NCBI GenBank assembly: GCA_963842925.1
Contig: CAWJIL010000003.1
Location: 313,542-377,541, forward strand
Source of the DNA: an uncultured delta proteobacterium
GTDB lineage: Bacteria > Desulfobacterota > Desulfobacteria > Desulfobacterales > B30-G6
DNA: 64,000 nucleotides
Reading direction: 5' to 3'
In this document: piece after piece, positions 8,513 to 20,235 of the stretch
Layout: each line of letters opens with the position of its first letter
Numbering within the stretch: the stretch's first letter is position 1
Position numbers and translations under genes: made by a program
Notes under the pieces: model-generated
What the model was told of the DNA's origin: nothing
Seen by the model: the letters and a program-made list of their open reading frames with translations, nothing else
The model's database searches: none

Positions 8513-8829
8513 CGCAACCGTAACTTATCCCTCCCCCATCCAGTCCATGCTCTTCCTCTCCGACAATATCTTGCACAAGCCCTTTGTATGGCCCTGCCAT
8601 GGTTGTTCGAGCTCTCGGCTATCTTGGCTTGGGCTGCGTGGGGCTGAAACTGAAATGCTGATAGCGTTTGACAAGGTTGTTCAATTTTCCCTGGCTCGCG
8701 TATATTCCTCATAGGTCATGCTATTCACTCTGTCTATACACGCCAGTCTCTCATCCGGGTCCTCCATTTTATAACAGTCTTGGCGCTGTCCCTCTTTGAA
8801 GCCTTCATACCATGCCTTGCATGAATTGA

Positions 8830-10014
8830 TTACTTTTTTAGTGAAAATGGCATGAGTCGTTCGAGCCGCCGGCATACATCCTGGATGGTACGGTCATTTT
8901 TTGCAAAACAGAATCTGACCTGGTCATGCCCCATGGCCGGGGAATGATAAAAGGCAGTACCCGGAACGGTCGCAATGCCCGTGATGTCCAGTAGTTTCAA
9001 GCTGAAACTGTCAACACCTGCTTCTTTGTGTCCATCCATCAAAGCACCTGTTTGAGCCATGATATAATAAGCCCCTTTGGGTGCTTCAATATGGAAACCG
9101 ACGGCTTTCAATACCGTGCAAACCCGGTTTCGTGCTTTTTCGTATCGCTTCTGCAGTGTCGTGTAGTATTCTCCGGGCATATTGAGTGCACAGACACCCG
9201 CTTTTTGGAACGGTGTGGGTGCTCCGACGGTCAGAAAGTCATGCACCTTGCGAATACGGCTGGTGATATCAGCGTTGGCAATCGCCCACCCCACGCGCCA
9301 TCCTGTAACGGAATAGGTCTTGGACAGGGAGTTGATGGTCACGGTCCTCTGGGCCATACCCTCCAGAGCCGCCATGGAGATATGCGTCTCCTGGTCATAC
9401 AAGATGTGTTCGTAAATCTCATCCGTGATGGCCATGACATCCCACTGGATACAGAGATGGCCAATCTCCTTCAGCTCCTTACGGGAAAAGACCTTCCCCG
9501 TGGGGTTATTGGGGGTGTTGATAATAATGGCTTTGGTGTTTCTGTTGAAGGCGGCCGCCAGCTCTTTTGAATCATAAGACCAGTCCGGGGCTCTCAGTGT
9601 TACATAGCGTGGTTTGGCACCCGAGAGAATAGCGTCCGGTCCATAATTCTCATAAAAGGGTTCAAATATAATGATTTCATCCCCCGGGTTCACCAGGGCC
9701 TTGAGCGTGGCGATCATGGCCTCGGTGGCACCACAGGTAACGGTCACCTCGGTGTGGGGATCACATTCGATCCGGTTATACTGGAGGGCTTTTTGGGCGA
9801 TCGCCTCTCTCAGATCTGCCTCGCCAAAAGTAACGGCATACTGATTCCAACCCTGCTGGATAGCATCAATGGCCGCTTGCCGGATGATCTGCGGTGGGTC
9901 AAAATCCGGAAACCCCTGGGCAAGGTTGATCCCCCCTCTGGCACTGCTGATACGTGTCATCTCTCTGATGACAGACTCGGTAAATTTGGTGGTAATTTCG
10001 GATAGCTGCTTCAT
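8830..10014 (-). CDS. PLP-dependent aminotransferase, class I/II
   Basis: NLAQGFPDF, NPTGKVF, and SLSKTYSVTGWRVGW (PLP lysine). Start set at MKQLSEIT (10014). The ORF extends to 10080, so the start is uncertain. Confidence 0.9.
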   Translation of the reverse strand: MKQLSEITTKFTESVIREMTRISSARGGINLAQGFPDFDPPQIIRQAAIDAIQQGWNQYAVTFGEADLREAIAQKALQYNRIECDPHTEVTVTCGATEAMIATLKALVNPGDEIIIFEPFYENYGPDAILSGAKPRYVTLRAPDWSYDSKELAAAFNRNTKAIIINTPNNPTGKVFSRKELKEIGHLCIQWDVMAITDEIYEHILYDQETHISMAALEGMAQRTVTINSLSKTYSVTGWRVGWAIANADITSRIRKVHDFLTVGAPTPFQKAGVCALNMPGEYYTTLQKRYEKARNRVCTVLKAVGFHIEAPKGAYYIMAQTGALMDGHKEAGVDSFSLKLLDITGIATVPGTAFYHSPAMGHDQVRFCFAKNDRTIQDVCRRLERLMPFSLKK

Positions 10015-10220
10015 GGTATTCTGATATGTCACTTTCTTTTCTGGGAAATTATTAGATTTGTTTATATCAATTGCATACAATTCCTGGTAAAAAACAACCC
10101 TTATTTATTATTGACTTAAAGTTACAGCATGACGTAATGCTCAGTGCTCAATGCTATGGGGAAACACCGATGATCAACACTGCCAAGATTGATTAGAAAT
10201 TTAAACAAAGGAGACCCGCC

Positions 10221-11669
10221 ATGACCATGATGACCGCAGAGCAATATGAAGATAGTCTTAGAAAATTGAATCTTGTGGTCTATAGCTTTGGTAAACAGCT
10301 GAAGAATGTGGTGGACAATCCCATGATCCGGCCATCCATGCAGGCGGTTGCCAAAACCTACGAGATGGCCCACCGCCCAGAGCACGCAGATATCATGACC
10401 GCCACCTCCCACATTACCGGCAAAAAAATAAACCGCTTCACCCACATCCACCAGAGTGTCGATGATCTGGTCAAAAAGAGCAAAATGGGCAGATTGCTGG
10501 GGCGTGAAACCGGGTGTTGCTTCCAGCGCTGCGTGGGAATGGATGCCCTGAACGCCCTTTCCATCGTAACATACAATATGGATCAGAAAAACGGGAGCAA
10601 TTATCACCAGCGTTTCTTGACCTACCTGGAATATGTTCAGGAAAAGGATCTCACCTGCGACGGTGCCATGACCGACCCTAAAGGCGACCGGAGTCTGCCA
10701 CCGCACAAACAGACTGATCCGGACCTTTATCTGCACGTGGTAGAAGAAAGCGATGATGGCATCGTGGTCAGGGGGGCCAAAGCCCACCAGACAGGGGCTG
10801 TTAATTCCCACGAAATCATTGTCATGCCCACCATGGCCATGCGTAAGGAAGACCAGGACTATGCCGTCTCTTTTGCACTGCCGGCCGACGCCCAAGGCAT
10901 CCTGTACATCATGGGACGTCAGTCCTGTGACACCCGCAAGCTGGAACAAGGCAAGCTGGATCAAGGCAATATTCTATTTGGCGGGCATGAAGCCCTGGTG
11001 GTTTTCGACGATGTTTTCGTTCCCTGGGACCGGGTGTTCATGTTTAAGGACTATGAATTTGCCGGAGAACTGGTTGAAAAGTTCGCTGCCTACCATCGGC
11101 AGAGCTATGCCTGCAAGGTCGGTGTGGGAGATGTCCTGATCGGTGCTTCCCAGACCGCTGCAGAATACAACAATATCGCCAAAGCGTCTCACATCAAAGA
11201 CAAGATCATTGAAATGAACCACCTGAACGAAACCCTTTATTGTGGATGCATTGCCTGTGCCTCTGAAGGCAGCCAGGAACCCAGCGGTACCTATTCCGTC
11301 AACACGCTGCTGGCTAATATCCACAAACAGAATGTAACACGCTTTCCCTATGAAATCTCACGCATGGCCCAGGACGTTGCCGGCGGACTGATGGTGACCA
11401 TGCCGTCCGAGATGGATTTAACGGCACCGGAAACCGGCAAGTGGATCGGAAAATATTTTGCGGCCAATTGTGATGTCCCGACCCTGAACCGCATGCGTAT
11501 ATTGCGATTGATCGAAAATTTGACCCTTGGAACGGCCGCCGTGGGTTACCTGACCGAATCCATGCATGGTGCCGGATCCCCCCAGGCCCAAAGAATCATG
11601 ATATCACGTCTCGTCGATATGATGGAAAAGACAAAAGCGGCCAGGAAATTATGTGGTATCGAGGACTAA
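10221..11669 (+). CDS. abfD: 4-hydroxybutyryl-CoA dehydratase / vinylacetyl-CoA isomerase family protein
   Basis: 482 aa. AAGGAG SD 8 nt upstream. Family-typical Cys cluster CCFQRC and 4-HPA-hydroxylase-like fold signatures. Confidence 0.88.
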   Translation: MTMMTAEQYEDSLRKLNLVVYSFGKQLKNVVDNPMIRPSMQAVAKTYEMAHRPEHADIMTATSHITGKKINRFTHIHQSVDDLVKKSKMGRLLGRETGCCFQRCVGMDALNALSIVTYNMDQKNGSNYHQRFLTYLEYVQEKDLTCDGAMTDPKGDRSLPPHKQTDPDLYLHVVEESDDGIVVRGAKAHQTGAVNSHEIIVMPTMAMRKEDQDYAVSFALPADAQGILYIMGRQSCDTRKLEQGKLDQGNILFGGHEALVVFDDVFVPWDRVFMFKDYEFAGELVEKFAAYHRQSYACKVGVGDVLIGASQTAAEYNNIAKASHIKDKIIEMNHLNETLYCGCIACASEGSQEPSGTYSVNTLLANIHKQNVTRFPYEISRMAQDVAGGLMVTMPSEMDLTAPETGKWIGKYFAANCDVPTLNRMRILRLIENLTLGTAAVGYLTESMHGAGSPQAQRIMISRLVDMMEKTKAARKLCGIED

Positions 11670-11684
11670 TCTGATTTAGAAGCC

Positions 11685-11814
11685 ATCTCAAAAAAAGGGT
11701 TTTGGTTCAAGTTCAAGGCGGGCCCGAGCTTCAACCCGCAGGTATACTGAAGTATTCCGAGGAGTTGAATCAAGGGACCAACACAGAAATTGGGCCAAAA
11801 AACTTTTTTGAGAT
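11685..11814. repeat. ~130-bp element flanked by inverted repeats between convergent genes
   Basis: ATCTCAAAAAAAGGGTTTTGG ... GGGCCAAAAAACTTTTTTGAGAT. Confidence 0.6.
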
Positions 11815-11819
11815 AGCTA

Positions 11820-12440
11820 TTAGGGTTTTCTACGCAAGATACCAAGGGTCTTGATCATGGGTTCTTCATGGAACCGGCCTGAGGAAAGCGCGGCCCGATA
11901 TATATCATAAGGTGCCTGGCCGCCTTCTTCCGGGTTGGGAAAGATGTCATGAAACACCAGGTAACCGCCCGGCATGATGTGATGCACCCATGAGTCGTAG
12001 TCGAGACGAACGGTTTCCGCTGCATGACCGCCGTCGATAAAAACCATGGCAAGTCGGGTTTCCCAGTGTCTGGCCGCCACATGGGATCGGCAGACCAGGG
12101 GCACCACCGTGTCCAAGAGGTCAGCCTGCCGCAGGGTCTCTCTGAATGTCGTGAAAGTGTCTACCTGGAAGGTTTTAAAATCAAACAGGTCCGGATCGAA
12201 GTATTCTTCGCCGGGCTGCTGCTCTTCCGAACCCGTGTGGTGGTCGATGGTGAACAGGGTGCTGTTGGTTTCCCTGCAGGCAGCGCCGATGCAGAGGGTG
12301 GATTTGCCACAGTAGCTACCGATTTCCAGACAGGGGCCGAGTTTGCCGGCTTTCCCGGCAATGACATATAACGCCTCCCCTTCGACGGTATCCAGGAAGC
12401 CCTTGACCTGTCTCATTAATTCGCGCTGTGCCTCAATCAA
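11820..12440 (-). CDS. Class I SAM-dependent methyltransferase (Methyltransf_24-like)
   Basis: LEIGSYCGKSTLCIG SAM-binding loop and VFIDGGH motif. Overlaps the ftsK stop by 8 nt. Confidence 0.8.
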   Translation of the reverse strand: MIEAQRELMRQVKGFLDTVEGEALYVIAGKAGKLGPCLEIGSYCGKSTLCIGAACRETNSTLFTIDHHTGSEEQQPGEEYFDPDLFDFKTFQVDTFTTFRETLRQADLLDTVVPLVCRSHVAARHWETRLAMVFIDGGHAAETVRLDYDSWVHHIMPGGYLVFHDIFPNPEEGGQAPYDIYRAALSSGRFHEEPMIKTLGILRRKP

Positions 12441-14580
12441 GGTCCTCGTACCCTCTCACCAGCACCTCGCGTGCCTTGGCTCCGTCCGAAGGACCCACCA
12501 GGCCCTCCTGTTCCATGGTTTCGATAATCCGGGCAGCCCGGTTGTAGCCGATCCTGAGATGCCGCTGGACCATGGAGATCGATGCCTGACGCGTTCTGGT
12601 AATCAGTGCAACGGCTTCGTCGTATTTTTCATCGTATTCCACGTCACCGTTTTCAACAGCATCCTCCACCGGAGCCTGGATCACATCTTCCAGGTACTCG
12701 GGGGGTCGCTGTGACTTCAGAAACTCTGTAATCCTGGTGACTTCAGTTTCGGAAATGTAGGCACCGTGGATTCGTTGGAGTTTGGCAGCACCCGGTGGTA
12801 GAAACAGCATGTCCCCGTTACCCAGAAGACTCTCGGCGCCATTCATGTCGATAATCGTTCGCGAATCCGTCTTGGAAGAAACCTGGAACGTGAGCCGTGT
12901 GGGAAAATTGGCCTTGATAATGCCGGTCAGAACATCCACGGATGGTCGCTGTGTCGCGATGATCAGGTGAATACCGGCCGCCCGGGCCATCTGAGCAAGA
13001 CGGGTCAGGGCAACCTCCACGTCCCGGGATGCCACCATCATGAGATCCGCCAACTCGTCGATGATAATGACGATGTAGGGTAGTCTTTCTGGTACCTTGC
13101 CATCCTTGTCCGGTCCCTGTTTGGCCATTTTCTGGTTGTACTGATCCACATTCCGGGTTTTGTGCTCGGACAAAACTTCGTAGCGTCGCTCCATTTCCTT
13201 AACTGCCCAGAAAAGGGCATTGGTGGCTTTCTTGGCACTGGTCACCACCGGTGTAATCAGGTGCGGAATACCGTCGTACATGGAGAGCTCGATGCGTTTG
13301 GGGTCTACCATTATCAATTTAAGGTCATCCGGTGACGACTTGTAGAGAAAACCGCTGATCATGGTGTTCAGCGCAACACTCTTACCCGCTCCGGTGGCTC
13401 CGGCTATCAGCAGATGGGGCATCTGGTTCATCTTGGTTACAACGGGATTGCCCACAATGTCTTTGCCCAGACACAGCGTCAGGGGTGATTTGGATTTTTC
13501 AAACACATCGGCGACAACGATCTCCTTGAAGCGAACCGTCTCCCGCTCCGCGTTGGGAATCTCGATCCCGATAACAGCTTTTCCGGGGATCGGAGCAACA
13601 ATCCGGATGCTTGTCGCCCGCAGCGTCAATGCCAGGTCGTCTGACAAGTTGACGATCTTGTTTATTTTAACACCCGGGGCGGGCGCGTATTCGAAGGTCG
13701 TGATGACCGGGCCCGGGGTAACCGTTACCACGCTCCCATGCACACCGAAATCTTCCAGTTTCTTGGTGAGCAGTTTGGACTGCATTCTGAGATTTTCATT
13801 GTCCGCCGAAATCGGTTCCGTGTCCGGATCATCCAAGAAATTGATGGAAGGCAGCTGAAAGCTCTTGTCTCCCCGCATGAATTCAAATACTTCCTGTTTT
13901 GGCGCCGCCACCTTCTTGATGGGCTTGGGCATGGGTGCCTTGATGGTGACTTCAGGTATTTTTTGTTTTTTCTTCTCCTTGACAACCCGTGTCCGTTTTT
14001 TTGCCTTTTCTCTGCGTTCCTTCCACTTGATCAGCAGGGTTTTCATTCTTTCGGAAACCCCTTCCCATTTCCGGTAAACAAACTGGGCAAAGCGAATGAG
14101 CGAGAAGCCGGTTGTCAGAATAAACCCGATCAACCACAATAGGAACAGAATGATGATGCCGCCGGTGGGGTTGGTGTATTTGACCAGAAACGATTTCAGA
14201 GGAATTCCGATAACCCCGCCGCTGGAAAAGCGACCCCCGAAAATTGCCACAGAATCATTGTGCAAAGCCAGCAGGCTTCCGGTGGTGATGATGAGAAGCA
14301 ATCCACCCAGTGTCTTGTAGACAGCAGTTCTGTCAGGCTGCTTGCCGAAAAAATGGATACTCATGAGCAGCAGCAGCACCGGAAGCCAGAATGAGCCGAT
14401 ACCAAACAGACCGATAAGAATCCCTGCGGTATGGGCCCCGAATACCCCGAACAGGTTCTGGATATCACCAGCGGCCCGGGCATTGTTGATGGAGGGGTCG
14501 TTCGGGCTATAGCTCAAGAGACTGATCAGCGTAAAAATAACCAGAAAAAACAACACAATACCAATGATTTCTTTGCGCAT
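12433..14580 (-). CDS. ftsK: DNA translocase FtsK
   Basis: N-terminal TM helices, basic linker, motor with Walker A GATGAGKS and IIDELADL, and a gamma winged helix (MVQRHLRIGYNRAARIIE). Start at MRKEIIG (14580). Confidence 0.93.
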   Translation of the reverse strand: MRKEIIGIVLFFLVIFTLISLLSYSPNDPSINNARAAGDIQNLFGVFGAHTAGILIGLFGIGSFWLPVLLLLMSIHFFGKQPDRTAVYKTLGGLLLIITTGSLLALHNDSVAIFGGRFSSGGVIGIPLKSFLVKYTNPTGGIIILFLLWLIGFILTTGFSLIRFAQFVYRKWEGVSERMKTLLIKWKERREKAKKRTRVVKEKKKQKIPEVTIKAPMPKPIKKVAAPKQEVFEFMRGDKSFQLPSINFLDDPDTEPISADNENLRMQSKLLTKKLEDFGVHGSVVTVTPGPVITTFEYAPAPGVKINKIVNLSDDLALTLRATSIRIVAPIPGKAVIGIEIPNAERETVRFKEIVVADVFEKSKSPLTLCLGKDIVGNPVVTKMNQMPHLLIAGATGAGKSVALNTMISGFLYKSSPDDLKLIMVDPKRIELSMYDGIPHLITPVVTSAKKATNALFWAVKEMERRYEVLSEHKTRNVDQYNQKMAKQGPDKDGKVPERLPYIVIIIDELADLMMVASRDVEVALTRLAQMARAAGIHLIIATQRPSVDVLTGIIKANFPTRLTFQVSSKTDSRTIIDMNGAESLLGNGDMLFLPPGAAKLQRIHGAYISETEVTRITEFLKSQRPPEYLEDVIQAPVEDAVENGDVEYDEKYDEAVALITRTRQASISMVQRHLRIGYNRAARIIETMEQEGLVGPSDGAKAREVLVRGYEDLD

Positions 14581-14740
14581 AGTTCTCAACCCAAAATAAA
14601 ATCGTTGCACGATTCTATCAGACGCGACTTTGTCGCTCCAGCGGATATAAGGTTCATCCGCCCAAAACAAAATTCCACCATCAAAGAGCCATTATCCGTT
14701 CGTATTGAGTCGCTATCAGCCGGTTGATGGCTGACAGCCA

Positions 14741-16393
14741 TTAAACTTCCGTAAAAAAGGGCAATATGACGGGACGACGCCCGATAGTATAAAAAAAATA
14801 CTGACGCAATGACCTTCGAACTTCATGCCGGATCTTATCGATCCTGTTTGTCAGTTCCGGCCCATGCTCTTCTACGATTTCCAGGACCACACATTCAGCA
14901 TCGCGCAGGAGATGCCCTGTCTCTGTTTCAAAAACAAACCCGCGTGATACAATTTCTGGTCCATACACAATAATGCCCGTTTCCTCGTCAAAAGCCATGT
15001 TCACCACTACCAGCCCTTCCTTGGAAAGGGAATGCCTTTCCTTGAGAACACTGCGGCCCACATCCCCGATCCCCTTGCCATCCACAAGCACTTTTCCCGT
15101 GGGAATGCTCTCACTGACGGTAACACCATACTTTGCAAACTCGATAACATTGCCGTTCTGTGCCACCAGCACACGTTTCTTGGGTATACCGACCTGTTGC
15201 GCCAGGCGGCTGTGCAAGGTCAGGTGTCTAAATTCACCGTGAATGGGAATAAAGTATCGGGGTTTGACCAGGTTGATCATGAGCTTCAGCTCTTCCTGAA
15301 ATGCATGACCCGATACGTGAATGGCGGATATTTTTTCATAGATGACATCCGCGCCCCGGCGATAGAGATTGTTGATAATATTGGTAATGGCTTTTTCGTT
15401 GCCTGGAATGAATTTCGATGACAGCAGAATCGTATCTTCCGGCTCGATTCTGATCTGTTTATGCGTACCGGCAGCCATTCTGGCCAGTGCCGACATGGGT
15501 TCACCCTGGCTTCCAGTCATGATCATAACGATTTCGTTGTCCGGAAGCTCACCAATGGCACCGACCTCGATCTCCATGTCGGTGGGAACGTTCAAAAATC
15601 CCAATTCCTTGGCGATGCGAACACTCAACTCGATGCTCCTGCCATTAAAAACCACTTTACGGCCCAGCGCAACCGCAATATTCACCACCTTCTGAATACG
15701 CGTAATATTCGATGCGAACAACGCCACAATGATGCGTCCGGAACAATTGTCTGCCAGACGTGAAAGAGACTCCCCGATCTGTTTTGCCGAGATCGTATAC
15801 CCGTCTTTTTCCACGTTGGTAGAATCCGAGAGCAACGCCAGAACACCGGTTTCACCCCACTGGGCAAAGCGGCCCACATCCGTTTTCATGTCATCCAAGG
15901 CCGTGTGGTCGATCTTGAAATCACCGGTATGGATTATGATTCCCACGGGTGTTTTGACGGCCAAACCCACACCATCCACAACGCTGTGGCAAACCCTGAT
16001 GAACTCAAGTTCAAAAGGACCGATCCTAAGCGTGTCCCGGGGCGAAATCTCGTAGAGATCCGTTGTGGCAAGAATGTCATGCTCCTCCAGCTTGTTACGG
16101 ACGATCCCGAGGGTAAATGCGGTGGCATAGACAGGGACCTGGATCTCCTTGAGCAGGAACGGGAGTGCCCCAATGTGATCTTCATGGGCATGGGTCAAGA
16201 CGATGGCATGCACTTTGGTCTTGTTGGTACGGATATAATCCATGTCCGGAATCACATAATCCACACCCAGCATGTAGTCTTCCGGAAACATCAAACCACT
16301 ATCGACGATGAAAATGACATCGTCATATTCGTATACCATCATGTTCAGGCCGATTTCGCCCAAACCTCCCAGGGGTATGATTTTCAATGACAT
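14741..16393 (-). CDS. rnj: Ribonuclease J
   Basis: 550 aa. Metallo-beta-lactamase HAHEDHIG, beta-CASP region, and C-terminal domain. Confidence 0.93.
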   Translation of the reverse strand: MSLKIIPLGGLGEIGLNMMVYEYDDVIFIVDSGLMFPEDYMLGVDYVIPDMDYIRTNKTKVHAIVLTHAHEDHIGALPFLLKEIQVPVYATAFTLGIVRNKLEEHDILATTDLYEISPRDTLRIGPFELEFIRVCHSVVDGVGLAVKTPVGIIIHTGDFKIDHTALDDMKTDVGRFAQWGETGVLALLSDSTNVEKDGYTISAKQIGESLSRLADNCSGRIIVALFASNITRIQKVVNIAVALGRKVVFNGRSIELSVRIAKELGFLNVPTDMEIEVGAIGELPDNEIVMIMTGSQGEPMSALARMAAGTHKQIRIEPEDTILLSSKFIPGNEKAITNIINNLYRRGADVIYEKISAIHVSGHAFQEELKLMINLVKPRYFIPIHGEFRHLTLHSRLAQQVGIPKKRVLVAQNGNVIEFAKYGVTVSESIPTGKVLVDGKGIGDVGRSVLKERHSLSKEGLVVVNMAFDEETGIIVYGPEIVSRGFVFETETGHLLRDAECVVLEIVEEHGPELTNRIDKIRHEVRRSLRQYFFYTIGRRPVILPFFTEV

Positions 16394-16396
16394 GTG

Positions 16397-17122
16397 CTAT
16401 TCGTGAACGTTCTCTTCAAATGCGTTGCAGATAGTGTTCCTCACGGCATTTATGAGGTCATCCTTTGTTTCGCGCGTGTAACCGGACGTGGGTATGGGTG
16501 CCAGGATATCCATACGGACCGATTGCGTCCGAATACGCAGCCTGTCTTTGGGCATGATAGACCACGTATTGAAAATAACGATGGGTACGATGGGAACCCC
16601 CGCATCTACAGACAAAACAAAACCACCCTTTTTAAACGGCAGAATCCTTCCATCCCAACTCCGTGTTCCCTCAGGGAAAATCAGCACCGATACCCCATTC
16701 CGGATTTTAGCCGCGGCTTCAGCCAGGCTCTGGAACGCTGATTTGCGGTTAGACCTGTCGATGCTGATATAACCGCAGCCACGCATGCCACGACCAAATA
16801 TCGGTATTTTGAACAACTCGGCCTTGGCCAGCCACCTGAACTGGATGGGAAGGCAACCCAAAAGGACCGGTATATCAAAATTGCTCTGATGATTGGGCAT
16901 CAAAATACAGGAACCGTCAACGTCCAGGTTTTCAAGACCGTTGATATGAACATGAATGCCACTCACAAACAGAATGGACCGTGCCCATGCCCTGGCTACC
17001 AAATGGGGTGCATTACCATTCCTGCTGAAAAGAGCGACAATGATAACGACGGTGGCCATAACAATCGTCGCCAAAACAACATAGACAAGAATAAAGATTG
17101 TTTGAAAGAATTGACGTGTCAT
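16397..17122 (-). CDS. plsC: 1-acyl-sn-glycerol-3-phosphate acyltransferase
   Basis: HX4D motif (NHQSNFD), FPEGTRS, and an N-terminal TM. Start at MTRQFF (17122), just after the stop of the upstream ORF. Confidence 0.9.
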   Translation of the reverse strand: MTRQFFQTIFILVYVVLATIVMATVVIIVALFSRNGNAPHLVARAWARSILFVSGIHVHINGLENLDVDGSCILMPNHQSNFDIPVLLGCLPIQFRWLAKAELFKIPIFGRGMRGCGYISIDRSNRKSAFQSLAEAAAKIRNGVSVLIFPEGTRSWDGRILPFKKGGFVLSVDAGVPIVPIVIFNTWSIMPKDRLRIRTQSVRMDILAPIPTSGYTRETKDDLINAVRNTICNAFEENVHE

Positions 17123-17126
17123 ATAT

Positions 17127-17522
17127 TTATATGATGATCTCCAGTTCTTTAAACATCCCGTCGACGCACCTGATAATCCAGTTACGCTGTTCTTCATCAG
17201 CATAGCCCATGCAGTCGCAGCGCACATGTTGTTTGGTCCGGATCAGCAGTTCACAGCATAACCTGCCGGGTTCAAGATCCAGGGCAATATAGAATGGTTG
17301 GCAGGATTGGTGGGATGCCTGGAGCGATGTCAATTGCGCCTCATCCACAGGAATCCAGTAAATTCCTCCCAATTCTGATTTTCCATACGCTTTCTCGAGA
17401 AAGGCCTTGATTTGTTTATAATCTTCAGCTCTTATCTCATCGATAACATACTGTTTCATGATGGTGAAAGCTACCACAGTTTTGCCTTGATCGCAATATA
17501 TATGTTTAAAACGAACAGTCAT
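17127..17522 (-). CDS. Hypothetical protein (131 aa)
   Basis: ORF abuts plsC on the same strand. I recognised no family, and there is no clear SD. Confidence 0.5.
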   Translation of the reverse strand: MTVRFKHIYCDQGKTVVAFTIMKQYVIDEIRAEDYKQIKAFLEKAYGKSELGGIYWIPVDEAQLTSLQASHQSCQPFYIALDLEPGRLCCELLIRTKQHVRCDCMGYADEEQRNWIIRCVDGMFKELEIII

Positions 17523-17583
17523 AACAACCGGTGGGGGTTGGACCGGGAAAATACTGTTGAAGTTTTTACCATTTTGTCATAGA

Positions 17584-20235
17584 ATGACGCCGATGAAAAA
17601 CAGAAGCAGAAAACGATTCCTGGATCACATGGCCCTAATCGGTTTCGGTGTGGCTATTTTCTACTGGTTTATCGAAGCCTTTGTATTTGCCATGCTTCCC
17701 AATGATATCAGCTTTTCCCAGCGTCTCATCGGGCCCCATTTCAATGATCTGCTCACCCGATTCCTGGTCCTGGCCTTTTTCGCTATTTTTGGATCCCACG
17801 CGCAGTTCACCATCAACCAGCGAAAAACTGCCGAAGCCGCCATGCGTGAAAGCGAAGAAAAATACAGAACCATTATCGAAAGCATCGAGGATGGCTACTA
17901 CGAATTTGATACGGAAGGGATTTTGACATTCTGCAACAGTTCCCTGACCAAGATCCTCGAACAATCACAGCACGTCATGATCGGCAAGGATATCCATTCC
18001 ATCCTGACACAAGACAATGGCCAGATGCTGATGCAGACCTTCGAGGCTATTTCACACGGCGAGACTGCCCAGTCAAATGAACTGAACTGGTCTTTCAAAA
18101 AAATGGACGGTTCCAAAGGTTATTTTGAAACCACCCTCTCCCTGATCAAGGACCCCGATGGCAAGACAAAGGGATTCCGGGGCTTTCTGCGAGATATCAC
18201 CCGACGAAAACTGGCCGAAGCCATGTACCAGGAAAAGCTGGCCGCCGAGGCTGCCAACAGATCCAAGAGCGAGTTTTTGGCAAACATGAGCCACGAGATC
18301 CGGACCCCCTTGAATTCGATTATCGGGCTCATCGAACTTTCCCTGGACTCGGACCTGACACCCGAACAGCGAGATGACCTGAATGTTGTCATCTCTGCCG
18401 CCTATGCTCTTTTGTCACTCATCAATGATATTCTCGATTTTTCAAAAATTGAAGCAGGCAAACTCGAACTCGAGGACATTCCTTTCAAGCTCAAGGAATT
18501 TTTAGGAGAATCCCTCAGGATTGTCGCAGCCAAGGCCCATGAAAAAAATCTGGAACTGGCCTACCGTGTCGATCCGGATGTGCCGGAAACGATCGTCGGA
18601 GATCCGTCGAGAGTCCGTCAGATTGTTCTCAACCTCATAGGCAATGCTGTCAAATTTACGGACAAAGGCGAAATTGTCCTAGTGGTTGGCCCCGAAACCA
18701 GCGGGCAGGACCCATATCATCTGATTTTTTCCGTGAGGGATACCGGTATCGGAATACCCCCAAAAAAACAGGAATCGATTTTCGGTGCTTTTGCCCAGGC
18801 AGATGGAAGCACCACCCGCAAGTATGGCGGCACAGGACTGGGACTGGCGGTATCCAAACAACTGGTGACATTGATGGACGGTCGCATCTGGATTGAAAGC
18901 CCCGTGTCGTCTGAACAGATCACCTCCGGGGGGGATGCCGTGGGGCCTGGAAGCGCTTTTCATTTCACAGCCCACTTCAAACAGCCTGTGATGGGCAGCG
19001 ACGTCGCGAGCCACAAACCGAATATCGATACCAGCGATATAAAGGGGCTTGTTGTCGATGACAACCTGAGCAATCTCGAGATCATCATGGAAATGATGGA
19101 GAGCTGGCACATGTCTCCCACCGGCACCACAAGCCCTGGAGAAGCCAAGGAGATTCTCTCTGAAGCCCAGGCATCTGGAAACCCCTTTGGGCTGGTATTG
19201 ATCGACTCCGACATGCCGGAAGCGGATGGTTTTTCTTTTGCTGAATGGATCAGGGACCAAAAAAGCCTGGATTGTAAAACAATCCTGATGACCACCTCCC
19301 AGCGGGACCGGCGGCAGGTGGACATGCAAGCGTTGAACATCTCTTCGTCCATCACCAAACCGGTGCGGCCCTCGGACTTGCTGGATGCCATCATCCGTGT
19401 CGTGACGCAGCAGGAAACCAGTCAGGAAAAAGAAGCCCTCACATTAAAATCGGCCCAAGACCAGCAGATGCAACCGCTCAAGATTCTCGTGGCAGAGGAT
19501 ACACCCTTTAACCAGAAGTTCATTGCGCGTTTACTTGGCAGATGGGGCCACACGGCCATAATTGTGGGAGATGGCCGCAAGGCCGTTACAGCCATTTCCG
19601 AGGATCGCTATGACCTCATTCTCATGGATGTTCAAATGCCGGAAATGGATGGGTTTGAAGCAACCGCTCGAATACGGGAACTCGAAAAACAAAAAGGGGT
19701 GCATACCCCTATCATCGCCATGACAGCGCATGCCATGAAAGGCGATCGTGAACGGTGCCTCGAAGCGGGAATGGATGACTACGTTCCCAAGCCCATTTCT
19801 TCCGAAGCTCTCTTGAATGCCATCAGAATGCTCGTACCAGAACAGCCAGGACCCAAAAAGGAGAAAACACCCGTGATAGAGAATGTTGAGCCGGTATTCG
19901 ATAAAGATGCTCTTTTGAAAGCGTTTGACAATGACTGGGATTTTCTGAAAGAGGTCATCGACATGTTTATCGCGGATTATCCACAAATGCTAATAAATAT
20001 TGAGGATGCCATCCAGACCAAGGATGCCCCTGCCCTCCAGCGTACGGCACATGCCCTGAAGGGCATGCTGGGCAACTTTCAGGTTGAAACAGCAACTAAA
20101 AAAGCATACGCTCTTGAAAAGATGGGTGCCGAGGAAAATCTTGAACAGGCCGCAGACATCTACACACAACTTTCCATTGAACTTGACAATCTTGAAAGAA
20201 TATTTTTGGATTTGTCCAGGGAGACGATGAATTGA
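17584..20235 (+). CDS. Hybrid sensor histidine kinase (TM-PAS-HisKA-HATPase-REC-REC-HPt)
   Basis: H-box [11 protein letters not shown]. HATPase GTGLGLAVS. Two receiver domains ([22 protein letters not shown]). C-terminal HPt (AHALKG). ATG 17584 preferred over TTG 17557. Confidence 0.92.
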   Translation: MTPMKNRSRKRFLDHMALIGFGVAIFYWFIEAFVFAMLPNDISFSQRLIGPHFNDLLTRFLVLAFFAIFGSHAQFTINQRKTAEAAMRESEEKYRTIIESIEDGYYEFDTEGILTFCNSSLTKILEQSQHVMIGKDIHSILTQDNGQMLMQTFEAISHGETAQSNELNWSFKKMDGSKGYFETTLSLIKDPDGKTKGFRGFLRDITRRKLAEAMYQEKLAAEAANRSKSEFLANMSHEIRTPLNSIIGLIELSLDSDLTPEQRDDLNVVISAAYALLSLINDILDFSKIEAGKLELEDIPFKLKEFLGESLRIVAAKAHEKNLELAYRVDPDVPETIVGDPSRVRQIVLNLIGNAVKFTDKGEIVLVVGPETSGQDPYHLIFSVRDTGIGIPPKKQESIFGAFAQADGSTTRKYGGTGLGLAVSKQLVTLMDGRIWIESPVSSEQITSGGDAVGPGSAFHFTAHFKQPVMGSDVASHKPNIDTSDIKGLVVDDNLSNLEIIMEMMESWHMSPTGTTSPGEAKEILSEAQASGNPFGLVLIDSDMPEADGFSFAEWIRDQKSLDCKTILMTTSQRDRRQVDMQALNISSSITKPVRPSDLLDAIIRVVTQQETSQEKEALTLKSAQDQQMQPLKILVAEDTPFNQKFIARLLGRWGHTAIIVGDGRKAVTAISEDRYDLILMDVQMPEMDGFEATARIRELEKQKGVHTPIIAMTAHAMKGDRERCLEAGMDDYVPKPISSEALLNAIRMLVPEQPGPKKEKTPVIENVEPVFDKDALLKAFDNDWDFLKEVIDMFIADYPQMLINIEDAIQTKDAPALQRTAHALKGMLGNFQVETATKKAYALEKMGAEENLEQAADIYTQLSIELDNLERIFLDLSRETMN

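Noticed and set aside
8681-8875. 64-aa minus-strand ORF ending in TGA, with a further 50 open codons downstream. I considered it as another selenoprotein or a small gene.
   Set aside because: Its ATG lies inside the aminotransferase 3' end, and there is no SD for the internal starts. It has no redox motif around the TGA and no hairpin after it. The downstream read-through sequence is low in information.
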